A stretch of 64,000 nucleotides of DNA from Alphaproteobacteria bacterium (GTDB taxonomy: Bacteria; Pseudomonadota; Alphaproteobacteria; MPNO01; UBA830), in NCBI GenBank assembly GCA_964291215.2, contig OZ219791.1, positions 576,001 through 640,000 of the forward strand. Reading direction: 5' to 3'. Shown in pieces: positions 61,666 to 64,000 of this stretch. Within the stretch, counting starts at the first letter, position 1; each line of letters begins with the position of its first letter. The translations under genes and the position numbers were made by a program. A model generated the notes under the pieces. It worked only from the letters and a program-made list of their open reading frames with translations. It searched no databases and was not told the origin of the DNA.

Positions 61666-62505
61666 ATGGAAACAAACGATTGCAATCGCGATTCCGCGAA
61701 CCGCGCCGGTTTTTCGCGGGATGCGCTCCATGTGCTGTTCACGATGCGCGAACTGCACCGGAGCCGGCGTTTCCGGAGCCATCTCGTGGCGCTGGTTGCC
61801 GCCGTCGCGGTCATTGCCTATCTCGCGCCGTTCGGCACCGGCGCGTTTCTCGGCCCCTTCGGGCTTGTCGGCTACTGGGGTGCGGCGATAGGCGTCAACT
61901 GGCTGATTGCCGTTGTCGTGATCTCCTTCAGCGTGCGCGTCATGGCGAAGGCGGAGAAACCGTCCTGGACCGGGACCGTCATCGGCGCGCTGGCCGCGGC
62001 GGTGCCCGGCACCGGCGTCGTCTTCGTGCTCGAGAGCGGGTTCGGACGAGCGATCGAATCTGCCGGCACTCTGCTCTATGTCTATTCCTGCGTGGCGCTG
62101 GTCATGCTCGTGGTCGGTTTTTTGGTGTCGCGGCTGATTGAGGAGCCCCTGCGCCGGACGGCCGAGCCCCAAGCCGCGCCGCGGAAGCCGGGAGGGGCGC
62201 TATTCCTCGAACGGCTCGCGCCGTCCCTAGGGCGCGAATTGCTTCATCTCCACATGCGCGACCACTACGTGGAAGCGCACACCGCCAAGGGGTCGGAACT
62301 GATCCTGCTGCGCTTCAGCGACGCGCTGCGCGAAGTCGACAGACTCGACGGCATGCAGGTACACCGTTCGCACTGGGTTGCGGCCCGGGCGGTGGCCGGC
62401 GCGTCCCGCCGGGGCGGACGCACGCTGCTCAGGCTGGTCAACGGCGCGGAGGTGCCGGTGAGCCGGACCTTCGCTCCGGCGCTGAGAGCGCGCGGCTGGA
62501 TTTGA
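61666..62505 (+). CDS. Membrane-anchored LytTR-family regulator
   Basis: About 4 N-terminal TM helices; C-terminal DHYVE, QVHRSHWVA and VPVSR LytTR motifs. Start could be 61666 or 61744. Confidence 0.88.
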   Translation: METNDCNRDSANRAGFSRDALHVLFTMRELHRSRRFRSHLVALVAAVAVIAYLAPFGTGAFLGPFGLVGYWGAAIGVNWLIAVVVISFSVRVMAKAEKPSWTGTVIGALAAAVPGTGVVFVLESGFGRAIESAGTLLYVYSCVALVMLVVGFLVSRLIEEPLRRTAEPQAAPRKPGGALFLERLAPSLGRELLHLHMRDHYVEAHTAKGSELILLRFSDALREVDRLDGMQVHRSHWVAARAVAGASRRGGRTLLRLVNGAEVPVSRTFAPALRARGWI

Positions 62506-62527
62506 AGCACCGCCGCCGGCGCGGCGC

Positions 62528-62890
62528 TCAGGAAGCCCGGGACCGTTCCCCGAGGATCGCCTGCAGGCTCTCCTTTGGCGGCACGATGTCGGTGACGAGA
62601 TCGCGGACGAGCGTCTTGTTGGCAAGCGGCCCGACGGTCGTCCCCGTCGGGGACAGGCGCGCGGTGCAGGCATAGCGGGTGTGGCCGTCGACGGCCACCA
62701 TGCATTCCTTGCAGGCGTTGGCGTTGATGCAGCTGTAGCGGAACGCGATGGTCGAATCGACGTGGGTGCGCAGCCACACGATTGCGTCGAGCACCGACAT
62801 GTCCTCGTGATAGGGGACCTGGTGGGTTTCGAAGCGCGGCTCCTCGCCCGGAGCGCCGCGCTGGATGACGACGGATACAGCCCGGGTCAC
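62528..62890 (-). CDS. Small 2Fe-2S protein (SdhB/FrdB N-terminal domain only)
   Basis: SVLDA..LR, FRYSCINANACKEC...C and VRDLVTD motifs; 120 aa. Confidence 0.85.
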   Translation of the reverse strand: MTRAVSVVIQRGAPGEEPRFETHQVPYHEDMSVLDAIVWLRTHVDSTIAFRYSCINANACKECMVAVDGHTRYACTARLSPTGTTVGPLANKTLVRDLVTDIVPPKESLQAILGERSRAS

Positions 62891-64000
62891 GGCGCGGCCT
62901 CCGCCGCAAGCGATTCCCCGGCGCTGCGGGCCACGGGGGGAAACCCGGCCTCCAGCTCGCCGTTGCCGTCGAGATGGAGGAGTTGGTTGCGTTCCTGGCC
63001 CGGATCGGTTTCCGGGAAATCCTCGCGCTGATGCGCGCCCCGGCTCTCGGTGCGGTTGAGCGCTGCAAAGGCGACGGACTCGGCGACGAGGAGCGCCGAG
63101 CGGAGATCGTGCCAGTCCTGGAGCGCGAGGTTGAAGGCGATGCCTTCCGGCGGCAGGAGATACCGCAGATCGTGGCGCATGGTGTGGATCCTAGCGAGCG
63201 CCGCCTCGATCCGTGCGCCGGTCCGGAGCACGCCGACATTTTCCCACATCAGCCGCTGCAACTCCGCCCACATCTCGCCGAGCGCGGCCCCGGCGCTTTC
63301 GGCCTGCTGCCCGCTGCTCTCTGCCCGGATCCGGTCAAGGCAGCGCGCCGCGTCGTCGTCGGACCATGTGCGCTGGCGTTGCCCGGCGCGGGCGGCTGCG
63401 AACCTGCCGGCCCGCTCGCCGAACACGAAGGCCTCGGGGATGGCGTTGCCGGACAACCGGTTGGCGCCATTTGCTCCCCCGACGGCCTCGCCAGCGGCGT
63501 AGAGGCCGGGCACCGACGTTTCCATGCGTTCGTTCACCTCGACGCCGCCCATGTGGTAATGCGCGATCGGAGAGACTTCGATCGGGCGCCTGGTGAGATC
63601 GATTCCGTTGTCTGCGAGCCGGTCGATGACAGGGCCGAACGCCGCGCGCAGCTCGTCTTCCGGAATGTGCTCGAAGCTCAGGTAGACGCCACCGTTCTCG
63701 GTCGCGCGGCCGGCTTCGGCTTCCTTGGTGATGCCGTAGGAGATGATGTCGCGCGTCGTCACGTAGCGGCCCTCGTCGGCGCCGCCATAGGCGTGGACGA
63801 ACTCCTCGCCCTTGGCGTTCAGGAGCCGGCCTCCGAGCTTGTAGCGGAACGGGTCCCACATGATCGGATCCATGCCGACGAGGCGCGGGGCGAGGTGGCC
63901 GATCGGAAAGAACTGTGGAAACTCCATGTCGAGAAGACGCGCCCCGGCGCGAAGCGCCAGGGCGTAACCGTCCCCGTTCATGTTTGCCGAGGCGCTGTTG
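62887..64000 (-). CDS. SdhA/FrdA/NadB-like FAD-binding flavoprotein (5' part beyond window)
   Basis: GDG..LA.RAGA, DMEF.QF, HYHMGG, AAGE, GANRLSGN and ESRGAH motifs. Confidence 0.88.
   Translation of the reverse strand, partial: NSASANMNGDGYALALRAGARLLDMEFPQFFPIGHLAPRLVGMDPIMWDPFRYKLGGRLLNAKGEEFVHAYGGADEGRYVTTRDIISYGITKEAEAGRATENGGVYLSFEHIPEDELRAAFGPVIDRLADNGIDLTRRPIEVSPIAHYHMGGVEVNERMETSVPGLYAAGEAVGGANGANRLSGNAIPEAFVFGERAGRFAAARAGQRQRTWSDDDAARCLDRIRAESSGQQAESAGAALGEMWAELQRLMWENVGVLRTGARIEAALARIHTMRHDLRYLLPPEGIAFNLALQDWHDLRSALLVAESVAFAALNRTESRGAHQREDFPETDPGQERNQLLHLDGNGELEAGFPPVARSAGESLAAEAAP

Noticed and set aside
1-64000. tRNA, rRNA and REP-type dispersed repeats
   Set aside because: No cloverleaf or rRNA-like segment was recognised. 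Intergenic GC hairpins share no common sequence and lack U-tracts, so terminators were not called. A covariance-model scan would be needed to exclude small RNAs.

Overview
High-GC alphaproteobacterial chromosome segment (Rhodospirillales-like gene content, inferred from the proteins). Housekeeping blocks: hrcA-grpE / dnaK-dnaJ, rph-rdgB-hemW, rsmI, gshB, nth, secB, maf-aroE-coaE-dnaQ, hemE-hemH-hemJ, rpmI-rplT-pheS-pheT-lepA. These alternate with catabolic clusters. The window very probably contains the chromosomal replication origin (about 32.6-32.9 kb: DnaA boxes, DnaA-trio-like repeats, AT-rich unwinding element, between maf and hemE). About 2.1 kb of mobile-element debris separates the origin from hemE: DUF4338/IS4-like fragments, a DNA methylase remnant and one intact repeat-containing coiled-coil ORF. 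The best candidates for uncharacterised systems are: (1) a phthaloyl-CoA-decarboxylase-like UbiD (frameshifted) with an acyl-CoA ligase and four tandem DMT transporters, near a Rieske oxygenase and a TAXI-TRAP transporter; (2) tandem luciferase-like monooxygenases sharing a 416-bp block with only 2 mismatches, flanked by hydrolases; (3) a Tat-exported carotenoid-oxygenase-family enzyme with DUF2141 and a membrane-anchored LytTR regulator. No rRNA, tRNA or CRISPR array was recognised. All family assignments come from reading motifs; no database searches were run.
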